From Tubiluchus corallicola (lineage: Eukaryota; Animalia; Priapulida), in the NCBI GenBank assembly GCA_030141605.1, contig JAQGDQ010000183.1, positions 365,434 through 429,433 of the forward strand: a stretch of DNA of 64,000 bases. The letters are read 5' to 3'. How positions within the stretch are numbered: the first letter of the stretch is position 1; the number at the start of each line of letters is the position of its first letter. A model generated the notes under the pieces. It saw only the letters and a program-made list of their open reading frames with translations. It searched no databases and was not told the origin of the DNA. Shown here piece by piece: positions 38,692-51,725 of the stretch. Both the position numbers and the translations under genes were made by a program.

Positions 38692-39697
38692 TATAGGAGA
38701 CTAGACAGTTTTAGGCAGAGCTATGAACTCATCAAACCATCTTTAAATTCCTGTAAGAGACAAATACGTAAAATTCCCACATACCGATCATTTTCATCTG
38801 ACTCGAAGTAACATTGTGTAAAAATATCAAACACAATTAAAAAAACAAAGAAAATTTTTTAAATAAACAAACGACAATTGAATGAAAACTTCTTACTTTA
38901 GCGGTTTTTCCGCTTACAGCTGTTGGCGGGGTAAAAACGCCCATGCTAATCGTGGGGTGAGTTCAACACAGCCTAGTAATTTTATAATTTAACATATACA
39001 TAACCCCAACCTAGTAATTAACCCTCAAATGTCCAGCTGGGGTCAAAAACAGAAAAACAAATTCTCACAACCCGCTTCATCATGCTTTATTTTTGTCTTA
39101 GTAAATTAATCGTTGGAATCGGTTTAATAAGAAAAGGGTCAAATAATTTAACTAATGAAAGCTCTCGAGGCATTCAAAGCAAACCATCCACCAGGTAAAT
39201 TGCACACATTTCAGGGGTTTATTGTTAGAATAGCCAGGCGAGTGATAGTTATTACGCATGCAAGTGTACACACAGGGTGAATGACACACATAAAGGCTAG
39301 TGCACACTGGTAAACTCGTTCCAGTATTTCAAATATTACAGGCAGTATAAAATCTGCGAACGGTGTGCCGTAACTACGTAACGTGAAACTATAACAAACA
39401 AGCGATGTAATGAATACAGTAAAAAGCTGGCAATAATGCACATATGCTACTGTTACATGAATTATTTGCCTTACTGATTTGTATTGCATTGTATAACTCA
39501 AAGAGAAAAATAAATTATTTATCTGTTACAGGTACATAAACTGTTTAGTGTTTAAAGTACATCGCAAAAAACTTTCCACAGAAAATTATGTTACTTAACA
39601 TTACACTTAGCCGTTTGAAAGACCCACGTAACCAGAAAAGAAAATTCTTAGTAACGTAGAATGCTAGCGCTAACTGGTAAAACATTACTGACTCATC

Positions 39698-40030
39698 TTC
39701 CCAGTATGCACCACTGGCTCACCAAAAAACACATTATTAATTTTATTGAAAATATACGGTAATATTTTTGCTTAGTTGTTGAATATGATGCTATGAATGC
39801 TCTGATTATTTTCTCAAATTTTACACAGATCTATACAAATTTGTTTCAAACGACCTACCATTAAAATGGCTGCGTCTAGCGGTGATCGGGAAGTTTAAAT
39901 TTACAAGTTTTATACAGGTTACTGCTACTGCAAGCTCTGTGTGCAATGAGACAGCGTGTAAGTGATATAAAATTTCAAGACGCATTTCGTAAGTTTTATT
40001 TATGAAGAGTGTTTTCTTGTGCTTTAAATT
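39698..40030 (+). mobile_element. Unclassified dispersed repeat; copy at about 62957-63355
   Basis: cccagtatgcaccactggctcaccaaaaaaacac... is shared. Confidence 0.65.
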
Positions 40031-40066
40031 TTTAGTTGCTTCACTTTTCTGTGATGCACGGAGCAA

Positions 40067-40708
40067 GAACTATGAAGTATGAACTATGAATTTTATTTTC
40101 ACACATCGAATACAATATTGTACACATAAATAAACAATAAATAAAATGATTTGAGTAGTGCGAGGTGAGTGTACGACCATACGGTCATTAACACACTCAC
40201 CTTACTTAAATGAAAATGAAAAAATTATTAAAGTTATGCGTGCTTTTGTAGATGACTTAATGAAATTGATGTAATAAAGTAAATGATGTAATAATAGCAA
40301 GGAAACATAAGGAAAACATAATATGTAATTACGATTTTGATATAAATATTGAAATAATTTTGAAATAAAGTAAATGATGTAATAATAGCAAGGAAACATA
40401 AGGAAAACATAATATGTAATTACGATTTTGATATAAATATTGAAATAATTTTGAAATAAAGTAAATGATGTAATAATAGCAAGGAAACATAAGGAAAACA
40501 TAATATGTAATTACGATTTTGATATAAATATTGAAATAATTTTGAAATAAAGTAAATGATGTAATAATAGCAAGGAAACATAAGGAAAACATAATATGTA
40601 ATTACGATTTTGATATAAATATTGAAATAATTTTGAAACAAAGTAAATGATGTAATAATAGCAAGGAAACATAAGGAAAACATAATATGTAATTACGATT
40701 TTGATATA
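40067..40708 (-). mobile_element. L2/CR1-like retroposon 3' end containing a 91-bp tandem repeat (about 5 copies)
   Basis: The minus strand ends stem-loop, AATAAA, (TTCATAG)n; same tail as 47410-48387. Confidence 0.7.
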
Positions 40709-41704
40709 GGCTGCGATGAATGAATAATTTCATTTAAATTGATTTATACCTTTTACTAATAAAGTAACAAAGGTCGTAATGGTACCTATTAGTAAAAGAA
40801 AAACATTAGTGCTAAGAAGCTAAGTGCTAAGAAGAACCTTTACAGATGGCAAATTTAGTTAAACTGGATTTGATCGAATCCTTATTTCCATTTGAAATGT
40901 AGGAAAATTAACACCTTCTAACAGTATCATATGTGCTGCTTGCAAACCAAAGACGTCCACAAGTCGGCATAGTTAAAACTACGTTATGATGCTTCAAAGT
41001 AGAATGCACCAAAAATTTGGTAAAAACGTCAATTTTTTTGTTTTTTTTTATAAAAACAAATGCTAAATATATTGGACTTTCATATTCTAGCACCAAATTG
41101 TCAAGAAAATGTTAAAAAATACTAGAAATCTAATTTTATAACCCTGTACTCACTTTTCTGTCTAGAAAGAAGTACTACAATTGAGAAAAACTTGGAAGCA
41201 ATCTTTTGCTTTGGGTTTTTTCTATTGCCAAGCCCAGCTCTTAGTGAGTAAGAGCCATCTACTGGATTTAAACATAACTTAAATGTGTTTTTGCAAAGTC
41301 TGTAGCAACTAACATTTGTGTGGTTACTACGTATTTTGTAGAAATATGACAAAAAAACAACTGGCTAACTTTAACAGCGATTTTCTCTAGATCATGTTTT
41401 CCAGTGCAGTTTCAATTTCAATTCGGTCACAAATTGCCACAACAAACACCACGATAATGCAAAAATCTGCATCTGAATATCCTCCTGGCATCTTATAAAC
41501 TAAACTCATCAGCATCACAGACAGATGCAATCAATATCGATGATAAGGATAAGTCCCAGTTTTTCCTACAATTTTCATAGCTGCATTTGTATCGCAATTT
41601 TCACAGTATAGTCTCAACACCTTGCAAAGATTTACTTGAAATGTTGTGGAAGCCTGAAGCGCCACAAATAATCTTAGACATCAGAAAATGCATAAATATT
41701 ACAT

Positions 41705-42202
41705 CAGGGGTGTGCAAATTATCTGACTAGCCGGGCCACATTAAACTTTCCCGCAATTCCTGCGGGCCACAGGCAGTTTGATCAAGGAGCCAAGTACAGA
41801 AAGGCCTAATAACGATTTTTTTGCATCCGACCTGCGTACATCATTACTACTACATTCAAGAAACTATTTTAGAAGTTATTAAAATTTATATTACAAACCA
41901 TATATTTCTACTTTCAGGACAGATAGTGGTAATTTAATTACAATGCATATTAGTAATGTGTATCACACAGTCTGTGTAGTACAGTGACATTAACCTACAA
42001 CCGTCTTGTAAGGGTAATGGCATCCGATCTAGTAGAAAAAACTACATGCACCAACTTTGGGATCGTGGCACGGACTTCAGCTGGATACACTCAATTAATT
42101 GGCTGGGCCGCACTTCCATTAGGTTGACAAATCTCTTCGCGGGCCGCACAAATTCTCTCGGTGGGCTGCAAGTGGCCAGCGGGCCGCAATTTGCACACCC
42201 TG
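41705..42202 (+). mobile_element. hAT MITE family A
   Basis: TSD tattacat. Confidence 0.93.
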
Positions 42203-42521
42203 TATTACATAATGACATAAAACATATTTATCTCTTTGCATCAGTAAAAGAAAACGACAATCTATTGTTCTATAAAACCTATCCACGTGAAATTTTAAAG
42301 ATTTCTGCCAATACCTTACTCAATTTCTTACTTCAAAACAACCTACTGGCTTACTAATTGCTAAAACATTACAAACAATGGTGTAGTCATTGCAGTGAGA
42401 CGACAATTTTCAACAAGACTCGCATAAGCACTTTTCGTGAAACACAACATTGTATTTTTGCCTGTTGAATATCAGTCGAAGCAAATGTGGCACAGACAAT
42501 CAAATGCCAGACCATTTAGTG

Positions 42522-42983
42522 CAGGGATGAGAATGACAAATTGCAAAAAACTCTGAAACAAGCCGGGGGTTTTGGTGCAATTTTGTGACCATAGAGAGCC
42601 TCTAAGTGGACTTAAAATATCAATTACCTTGTTTCATGCATAACTTAAAATACCCAACTATCAAGGATACATGATACCTAATTGTCTCAAAAACGCCTAA
42701 GTACTGGCCGCTCCTATGCAAAAGTATATAAAAACTGCCTGCTTTGACTCAAATAACTCCACACAATTGATTCTATATTTTTATACATAGAGATGTACAC
42801 GTGGTTACACTGATGTACGTGATGTAAACAAAGTGACGGCCTGCCAACTAGCAGTCAGCTTGTGAAATAATGTACTGGGTAAGTAAAAATTTTCTCAACG
42901 AACTTACGCGATTTACAAAAATGGCACTACTGATCTTCCAAAAACTCGGAATTCCGCGTATCCGTGGAAAATTCTCATCCCTG
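42522..42983 (+). mobile_element. hAT MITE family D
   Basis: Same TIR; flanking direct repeat catttagtg. Confidence 0.9.
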
Positions 42984-43215
42984 CATTTAGTGTTCAGTTA
43001 CCCTCTTGTGCATAATGATCCTTTAGTAAGCATGCAGGCTGCAATTGTAAGTGCGTACTTAAAGGACATTTATCATTTATTTGTCCACTAATGATACCCT
43101 GATCCTAATCTTGTCACTATAACATTGAGTGTATAGTCAATATAGTCAGAATAATAGTGTGCTTTGTACAGTAAAGCAATCAACAGTAATTTGAATTTAA
43201 ATTATATGCATAACC

Positions 43216-43768
43216 TATGGGTTGCCGACCTTGGGGTCAAGACCCCAGTTGGGGTCGTGAAGAACTTTTCGTGGGGTCACTGGCTAGTCCTTAAAACCTT
43301 TTTAAAAATGCTGTTTTCACGAAAAGTGCGTAAGTGGGTCTTGTTACCTCAGTCTCTCATTTTGTTCTGGAAAGTGAAACACGTTTTTCCCTCTCTAAAT
43401 GCGGTATGTCAGTGCTTGATTTACCGGGAAAATGAAAATGCACGTTGTTGTATGCTGTACATTTGTGTACTGTGTACACCGCCTGTCGGGTTGAAATAGA
43501 ATTGGACATGACTGTCGCACCGAATGGACTTGAGCCACACAATGCAAAACTGGTCGCCGAGAAACAGGCGCAACCATCACATTAATTAATTAATGAAGCA
43601 GACAATCTCTCACTGTTCAATAATTTGTTGAATAGTAAATTAAAATTAATAAAAATGAACGATAATGATATTCAACAGTATGACATGTGATTATGTTCTT
43701 TGTGGGGTCGCGATATGATGCAGGGTTCTGGAAAAGAGTCACCATCAACAAAAGGTTGGGAACCACAG
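43216..43768. mobile_element. Older hAT-Charlie-like MITE
   Basis: TSD gcataacc; ends aaaaggttgggaaccacag. Confidence 0.8.
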
Positions 43769-46749
43769 GCATAACCATTTTAAAGGTTGTTCAGAAAATT
43801 ACCAACCCTCTTGTACATGTATACTCCCTCATACTCCTAACTAACTGGTACATGAACTATAATTTCACCAATAATTTTCCTAACTCACACATTTATGCCA
43901 GTTATCACTTATAATTCACTTATCATTACATCACGATTTTGGGAGCGATAAATTTTGAGATATGTTTGCAAAGTTTTTACACTGTTGTGATTTAATTTTG
44001 ATCAGATTACCCTGCAATTAGAAGTATTTACAATGAACCGAACCACTGGCGGCTCGTGTATACGTACTGTGGTACTGCAGCACCCCCTGTTTTCACTCAT
44101 TATTATCGATAATATTCTATATAACAAGTCTTTTTTCTTTAGTTATTTTTAGACTTGTGTGGAACATGAGGGAAGTACAATTTGCTTCACAGCCCAAGCA
44201 ACATGGTGTTTGGCTGTTATGCGCACACGGCCAAGCGCATGTGTCTGAGATAACACGCTGTATGCTATCGTCTGCTGCTAGGTAGAAGAGTACTGTGTCT
44301 ATCACAGTAACAATTGCCATGTGCTCACAGTGTACCATCATATTCTTGGATGTAAAACTGTGTAATAGTCAATTCTGAAATATCTTATTAATTACTTTGT
44401 TAAAATCAGAAAGCCCCAATAACGATGTGATGTGTACCCAAATTATAGTAAATTTTTCAAATGGACATTATTAATTAAGCTATACATACGCTGGCAGTCC
44501 CAGCACTTGTATTGTAAATAAATTTGTGTTATTACAAAGTGCAAACAAACTTAAACTCAATGTAATTACAATTTTCAAAATGATGCCAAAAACCGTTATT
44601 ATGGCGTTAAGTACTTTTTCAAAATGATGCCAAAAATAGTTAAGTACTCACAAAACCGCTTTGCTATTTGCATAGAAACATAAACTGCTAACGGCTGCAG
44701 GTTTTCTCTGTTAATTTTCATTTATAAACAAACATTCCTATTTTAAATATAGTAAAAAGTACTATAACATAATTATACTGGTCTACCGATTTTTTTCAAC
44801 AACGTTTATCGGCAAGATCAGAAATCTTTTTCAATGTTATGCGTTCAAATGCAAGGTCCCCGGCCAGTCCACCACAGAATTTATGAAATTCCTCACTTCA
44901 CTTTGGCCGGCTGGTGAAACGCTGAAAACCTAAGAACCAGTCACGCACTATATTTTTTAATTATGCGTAAAAATGCAAGTAAGTAAGTATCTTTATTTAT
45001 CACCATTTTTACAAGAAAAACACAGAGCATGAAACGATAATATGATACAAAGTGACAAGATTATTAAATGAATAAATTATCTGAGTTAATGATATTCAAG
45101 TGATTGGTGAAAGGCTGGCGAAAAACTAAAAGTTACCAAGGTCAACCACCCTGGAAGCACAAAGCTAATCCAAATGGCACTCTACTGTTCTGTGCTAACA
45201 TAATATTTATGCACTTAAGATTATTCTTGTTAAAGTAGCTGCTAGTAAAGGTATTATAGCCAGTAAACAAAGCACTACGTGGAACAAACGGCTCGCTTCA
45301 CATGGTGCATAAAATGCAGCACATAGTGAGGCATGTTACCTAAACATACTGTAAAATAAAAAAATATTCATGTATTTTAGCCAGTCCCATACTTGCATAC
45401 CTGCAAATCAACGTTAAGTACTTATTCATGGCCTGCCTTTACAAAGACCGATTTGCTCTTTGCATAGAAGCAGGAACTGCTAATGGTTGCAGGTTTTCTT
45501 AGTTAATTATCATTTAGAAACAAACATTCCTATTTTACTATCTCATTATTATCACTAATGTCACTATCTCTGACAAGCCACTTGGCACTTGACCAGAAGG
45601 GCAACTTTTCATGCCATTGGAAGCCTGCTTGCCAACACGTGCACTTCCTCATATAATGCTATATACTTGAAACCTAAAGTTGCTAGTATCATGTTGCAGT
45701 CCAATTCAAATGGTACCCTGCTCAAACAGTTTATTGTCCAAATTATATATGTTTCTAAATAACCCATGTGTCCTATCTACCTCTTGTCCAGATGAGTTAT
45801 ATACTTAAATCACTTATTGTCCAAATGGGTTATGTGTGTATGCGCTGAACATGCCCAAAACACCAAACGTCCAAATGTCTTACGTGTCCAAAATATCTAG
45901 CATGTCAATGGCCCATGTGATCAAATAGTTCACTTGTCCAAATAACTTACGTAGCAAACTGCTTTGAGTCGAAATGACCTGTGTCCGAATGCATCTGCAT
46001 AAAAAGATCAGTTATTGTCATTTAAAACTCCCAAAGTTGATAACTATTATTTTCAAATTTAGACACTTTCGATAATAATGACCGTGAAATGCTTTACTCA
46101 ATTACATTGTATTTAAGTGATCAGATGACTTCCAAACTTATTATTGTTGTTTTGTTATTATTATTATTAATTTATTAGCATTATTAATTTTTGTTATTAT
46201 TATTATTGTTTTTTGTTTTTATTAATGACGAAAATTGGCTGCGGATAACGTGCTTCGTTCATGATGCTCTTTACTATTGCTTAATCATACATTGCCCTCA
46301 CACGTTTTCTTCCATAAAAATAGTTTCATTAATGGCTAATTTGTATTCTATTACACGTGTGAAATAAATACGTCTTATATTTTATATTGCGAAATTCGGA
46401 CAAACCCGAACAAACACTCTGATATATGTCAACAATATGGATGTCAACATCATAATTTCTTTCTTTGAAAAGATTTCTTCTATTGTACTGAAGAATTCTG
46501 TGCTATTCGAGTTATTTCACGTGCTACAATAGTTATGTATGACAATTTCGGTTAATTGTTTAAACACACAGTTAAAAGTCCATGATCTTGTAATTAATTT
46601 AATATTGCGAAGTGCAGGTATTTAAGCAAATTACGGCTATAGGGCGCACAGTACGCCATTAGCCGAAGTAGAATTTTGCGGAAAACCAGTGTTGTACATG
46701 GGCAGCCCAAGTAAGGCACTGGCGATTTCTCTCACTCTCTTAACTTTAC

Positions 46750-46900
46750 CTTGAAAATTCTGTGAATTCCTCATTTTATGACAAATTGTGCTTGTTGGCT
46801 GAGTTGCCGTCATGAAAACTTGCTTGACCAGGTGTTTGATTCAGGCCAGCATGCTGTACGTTGGCATTGTAGGGCACATAGCTCGCTAGCCCGTTTACTT
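46750..46900 (-). other. Candidate non-coding first exon of Scm
   Basis: Donor-like CAAG|gtaaag at 46750 in a CpG-richer non-repeat island upstream of the Scm acceptor at 38750; the 5' end is undefined. Confidence 0.3.
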
Positions 46901-47409
46901 GGGAGAAAACAATTATTTGATAAAGAAGTAGTGAAATGGATCACCTGTCTGTGAAGCGAGGCAAAATAAAAAATGATATACCTTAAAACCAACTGTTGGA
47001 ATCGCCTAAAAAGCAGCCTTATTGCAAAAAGATTAATCAGATTTAATATTGCTTGTTCGATTAGGTCAGAATGAATAAGATTCTTTTATCTTACCAGATG
47101 TATAATAAATAATTTGGAGCGACATTTTCAATTATTGTTATTATTGGCTTGAATAAACAAGGACAACGGATGCTGCCACTACGGTTAACAACTCATTTCG
47201 TGAACTGTCTCTCCTGTACTACTTGGGTAGTCCGTGTACGACACGTCCTACTTGGGCTAGCCCATGTACGGCAAATGTCCTATTTCGGCTAGTGTCATTC
47301 TCTGCTCTTGACAAAGGCAGCATATCACATAATTAAGATTTTTATTTGGGAACCTCCTCGTTGTTGTTCAACATGCCGGCTGCATTAAGGCTCCACAAGG
47401 TCTAATTTC

Positions 47410-48387
47410 TAATCATTTTTTCATTTCAGTAAGGTGAGCGTGTTAATGATCGTACGGTCGTATGGTCGTACACTCACCTTGCACTAGTCAAATTATTACA
47501 TCATTTACTTCATCCTTATTTACATTAAGTTATCTACAGAAGCATGCATAACTATAATCATTTTTTCATTTAAGTAAGGCGAGTGTGTTAATGACCGTAT
47601 GGTCGTACACTCACCTCACACTACTCAAATTATTACATCATTTACTTCATCCTTATTTACATTAAGTTATCTACAGAAGCATGCATAACTATAATCATTT
47701 TTTCATTTAAGTAAGGTGAGTGTGTTGATGACCGTATGGTCATACACTCACCTCGCACTACTCAAATTATTACATCATTTACTTCATCCTTATTTACATT
47801 AAGTTATCTACAGAAGCATGCATAACTATAATCATTTTTTCATTTAAGTAAGGTGAGTGTGTTAATGACCGTATGGTCGTACACTCACCTCACACTACTC
47901 AAATTATTACATCATTTACTTCATCCTTATTTACATTAAGTTATCTACAGAAGCATGCATAACTATAATCATTTTTTCATTTAAGTAAGGCGAGTGTGTT
48001 AATGACCGTATGGTCATACACTCACCTCGCACTACTCAAATTATTACATCATTTACTTCATCCTTATTTACATTAAGTTATCTACAGAAGCATGCATAAT
48101 TATAATCACTTTTTCATTTAAGTAAGGTGAGTGTGTTAATGACCGTATGGTCGTACACTCACCTCGCACTACTCAAATCATTACATCATTTACTTCATCC
48201 TTATTTACATTAAGTTACTACAGAAGCATGCATAACTATAATCATTTTTTCATTTAAATAAGCTGAGTGTGTTAATGACCGTATGGCCGTACACTCACCT
48301 CGCACTACTCAAATTATTTTATTTAAAGTTTATTAATGTGTATGATATTGTATTTTGATGTGTGAAATAAAATTCATAGTTTATAGT
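47410..48387 (+). repeat. 137-bp tandem repeat (about 6.5 copies) of a retroposon 3' stem-loop, ending in the tail
   Basis: Each unit has the hairpin GGTGAGTGTG-ttaat-GACCgtatGGTC-g-TACACTCACC; the last copy ends AATAAAattcatag. Confidence 0.9.
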
Positions 48388-48574
48388 AAAAGTACATTGT
48401 GCATAGGAACTGCGTACTGCCTACAAGAGGCGGCATACTAATCAATCGCGTAACGTATATGCGACTCACTGTATATTGGCAATAGTGTCGTCTACAACTA
48501 ATATTAGGAAAAAATAAACTATAATAATTATAAATTATCTGGTAAATAATAACTAATTAATTACATTATTATTA

Positions 48575-48830
48575 CAATCTCATTCCACATTTGTAGTCAT
48601 TGAGGTGTCAACATTTATCAGAGTATTCCACCCACTTCAATCTGCAGCTAACAGCGTAAGTTCTTCTATTCTTAAACATAGGTTTGGTTGAAATTGTTGA
48701 ACATCGTTATTTACCTTAGCTTTCCAAGTTGTTTTAGGTTTGCCAGGTGGTTTTTTTGCAAGATTTAAACGCTTCCTTCAAGGCGATTCTTACTGGTACT
48801 TTACTTGGTAATCTTAGAAGGTGTCCTAGC
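48575..48830 (-). mobile_element. RTE family 1 3' fragment
   Basis: Matches 35258-35480 in reverse. Confidence 0.75.
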
Positions 48831-49399
48831 TTTCTTAATCTTTGGACCTTGACTTTTGAACTTCAAGGATTTTCTGTTATTCTAGTGTATCTATTTATTA
48901 TTAAATATCTTTTTTTTATTTATTATTTTTTCTTTTATTATTTTTAATTATTTAAAAAATAATAATTTAATTATTTAATTTTTTTGAATTTATTTCTCTT
49001 TTATTAGTGTGAATGACAAGCAGAGCTTTTGAATTCTTCCTCAGTTTAGCTCTTCCACTTCTGTGTCTTTCAAATGTACAACTCCCTGTTGTGCGAGAGA
49101 AACGAATCGCTTTCTGACTCTCCTCTTTATGCTATTTGGAAACTGTCAGCTTGTGATGTCTTGCACCGTTCTCTATAAGACTGGGTACATACCCACAGTA
49201 ATGCTTATGACATGTTGGCAATAGTAATTTAACATGTTCTTCCGACTCTTTTTGCGGCTGCATCCATAGTAATGCGGCGATGCTATTTTTTGGTACGCAT
49301 TCAAAATGAAGCCCATTTTCTAGTGCCTTACATCCGTGGATACCACTGTATGTATAAAGCACAAATGAAAGCCGTAGAGCTGTACAATGCTAACCTTAT

Positions 49400-49676
49400 A
49401 ATAATAATAATAATAATAATTATCTTTATTTAAAGTCGGCTTTTGGGTCAACAATTAACATTAGCTCAAAGAACTATTATCGCCGACTGTAAATAACAGC
49501 CTACAACTACATAACGGAGACTATTATTACCCCATTTTTATCCTAAATACCACGCGTCAGGCAGGGCAACAGCAGGTACCATTTTTAAAGTCTTTGGTAT
49601 GACCCGGCTGCTGGTTCGAACTCACGACCTCCCAGACGGAAAGCAGACGCATTGCCACTAGACTAAACCGTCTGGT
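49400..49676 (-). mobile_element. MetaSINE-like tRNA SINE, second copy
   Basis: Near-identical to 405-681. Confidence 0.85.
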
Positions 49677-49826
49677 TAAAGTGGGTGGTATAAAGGGGTG
49701 TGTCTGTATTCGAGATTCACTGATGCTGTACTACAATATGCCAGCAGCATGATATAGATTGGCACTTGCCCACACTTGAAAATATAAAAATTTATGGTAT
49801 CATATTTTCGTGCCAAATTTACGTGG

Positions 49827-50252
49827 CAGAGTTCTCACGGTCAGGGAAAATCCTTGAAAATACAGGCTATCCCGGAAAGTCATGCACAAGTCAGGGGAAA
49901 AGATAGTTTGGTAAAAAGTCAGGAAAAATGATGAAAATGGGGCGAAAAGTCGGGGTAATTGGAAAGGTTTGCAAAAATAACCACCGTGAACTGATATTTT
50001 TCCAAACACATTTTTTAGCGATTCGTGTTCAAATAAAATTTTTGCTTTGACAGGTTCCCAGTTGTGATTTCTGTTCCAAAAATAATGTTTGGCCGACGCA
50101 TTATATATCAGTATATCTATGAATATCCATACACAAAAATGTTTGAATATGTATACTGGTAATGCAATTTCTGTTTATCTTGGTCATGGAAAATCAATAT
50201 TTGGTCAGGGAAAAGTCATGGAAATTTATTTTAAGATTCTGTGGGAACCCTG
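49827..50252. mobile_element. hAT-like MITE (CAGGGTTCCCAC TIR, GTCAGGGAAAA subterminal repeats)
   Basis: cagagttctcac...gtgggaaccctg; TSD is not clear. Confidence 0.7.
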
Positions 50253-50300
50253 ATATGGTTAAACGATTCCGCTGAAAAATCATTTTTTTCAGACTGAGAC

Positions 50301-50546
50301 ATGTCTATGAGCAGGAAGCAAACACCCAGCGAGTTTTTGAAGCAGATCATTGGTCGACCCGTTGTGGTCAAACTGAATTCCGGAGTGGATTATCGAGGGG
50401 TGTTGGCCTGCTTGGATGGGTACATGAACATTGCATTAGAACAGACGGAAGAGTACGTCAATGGTCAACTTAAGAACAAGTACGGCGATGCTTTCATTCG
50501 TGGCAACAACGTGTTGTACATTAGCACTCAGAAACGCCGCATCTAG
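50301..50546 (+). CDS. LSM6: U6 snRNA-associated Sm-like protein LSm6 (intronless CDS; start may be 50307)
   Basis: MSMSRKQTPSEFLKQIIGRPVVVKLNSGVDYRGVLACLDGYMNIALEQTEEYVNGQLKNKYGDAFIRGNNVLYISTQKRRI, essentially the canonical LSm6; acceptor ttttttcag ends at 50292. Confidence 0.98.
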   Translation: MSMSRKQTPSEFLKQIIGRPVVVKLNSGVDYRGVLACLDGYMNIALEQTEEYVNGQLKNKYGDAFIRGNNVLYISTQKRRI

Positions 50547-51637
50547 TTCACATTGCATTCTTGCTGCAGATCAGTTTAATAGATCAGTAGCAACAACGTG
50601 TTGTACATTAGCACTCAGAAACGCCGCATCTAGTGCGTATTGCGTTCTTGCTGAAGATCAGTTTAATAGATCAGTAGCAACAACGTGTTGTACATTAGCA
50701 CTCAGAAACGCCGCATCTAGTGCGTATTGCGTTCTTGCTGAAGATCAGTTTAATAGATCAGTAGCAACAACGTGTTGTACATCAGCACTCAGAAACGCCG
50801 CATCTAGTTCACATTGCATTCTTGCTGCAGATCAGTTTAATAGATCAGTAGCAACAACGTGTTGTACATCAGCACTCAGAAACGCCGCATCTAGTGCACA
50901 TTGCATTCTTGCTGCAGATCAGTTTAATAGATCAGTAGCAACAACGTGTTGTACATCAGCACTCAGAAACGCCGCATCTAGTTCACATTGCATTCTTGCT
51001 GCAGATCAGTTTAATAGATCAGTAGCAACAACGTGTTGTACATCAGCACTCAGAAACGCCGCATCTAGTGCACATTGCATTCTTGCTGCAGACTAGTTTA
51101 ATAGATCAGTGGCAACAACGTGTTGTTCATTAGCACTCAGAAACGCCGCATCTAGTTCACGTTGCGTTCTTGCTGAAGATCAGTTTAATAGTTCAGTGGC
51201 AACAACGTGTTGTACATTAGCACTCAGAAACGCCGCATCTAGTGCGTATTGCATTCTTGCTGAAGATCAGTTTAATAGATCAGTAGCAACAACGTGTTGT
51301 ACATCAGCACTCAGAAACGCCGCATCTAGTGCACATTGCATTCTTGCTGCAGACTAGTTTAATAGATCAGTGGCAACAACGTGTTGTACATTAGCACTCA
51401 GAAACGCCGCATCTAGTGCGTATTGCGTTCTTGCTGAAGATCAGTTTAATAGATCAGTAGCAACAACGTGTTGTACATCAGCACTCAGAAACGCCGCATC
51501 TAGTGCACATTGCATTCTTGCTGCAGACTAGTTTAATAGTTCAGTAGCAACAACGTGTTGTACATTAGCACTCAGAAACGCCGCATCTAGTGCACATTGC
51601 ATTCTTGCTGAAGACCAGTTTAATAGTTCAGTGGCAA
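50503..51637 (+). repeat. 87-bp tandem repeat, 13 copies, derived from the LSm6 C-terminus, stop and 3'UTR
   Basis: Units start at 50503+87n; the first copy is the real coding end GNNVLYISTQKRRI*. Confidence 0.97.
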
Positions 51638-51725
51638 AATCAAGTGATTTTTTTTTGTGCATAAAAAGTGCCTTGCTCAACATTTTTTTTAATATTACAT
51701 TCCTGTATCTTATTTCATGTTCAGT

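Noticed and set aside
50650-50720. CTGAAGA...GAAAC in the LSm6 repeat as a hammerhead
   Set aside because: No stem II can form, and the GAAAC is LSm6 coding sequence.
50461-51357. 211-aa and 82-aa Cys-rich repeat ORFs overlapping LSm6
   Set aside because: They are alternative-frame readings of the 87-bp repeat; a unit length divisible by 3 explains the open frame.
51717-51725. Upstream ATG as the EXOSC7 start
   Set aside because: It overlaps the pyrimidine tract and acceptor, and homologous N-termini align better from 51726; it remains possible if the mRNA is unspliced.
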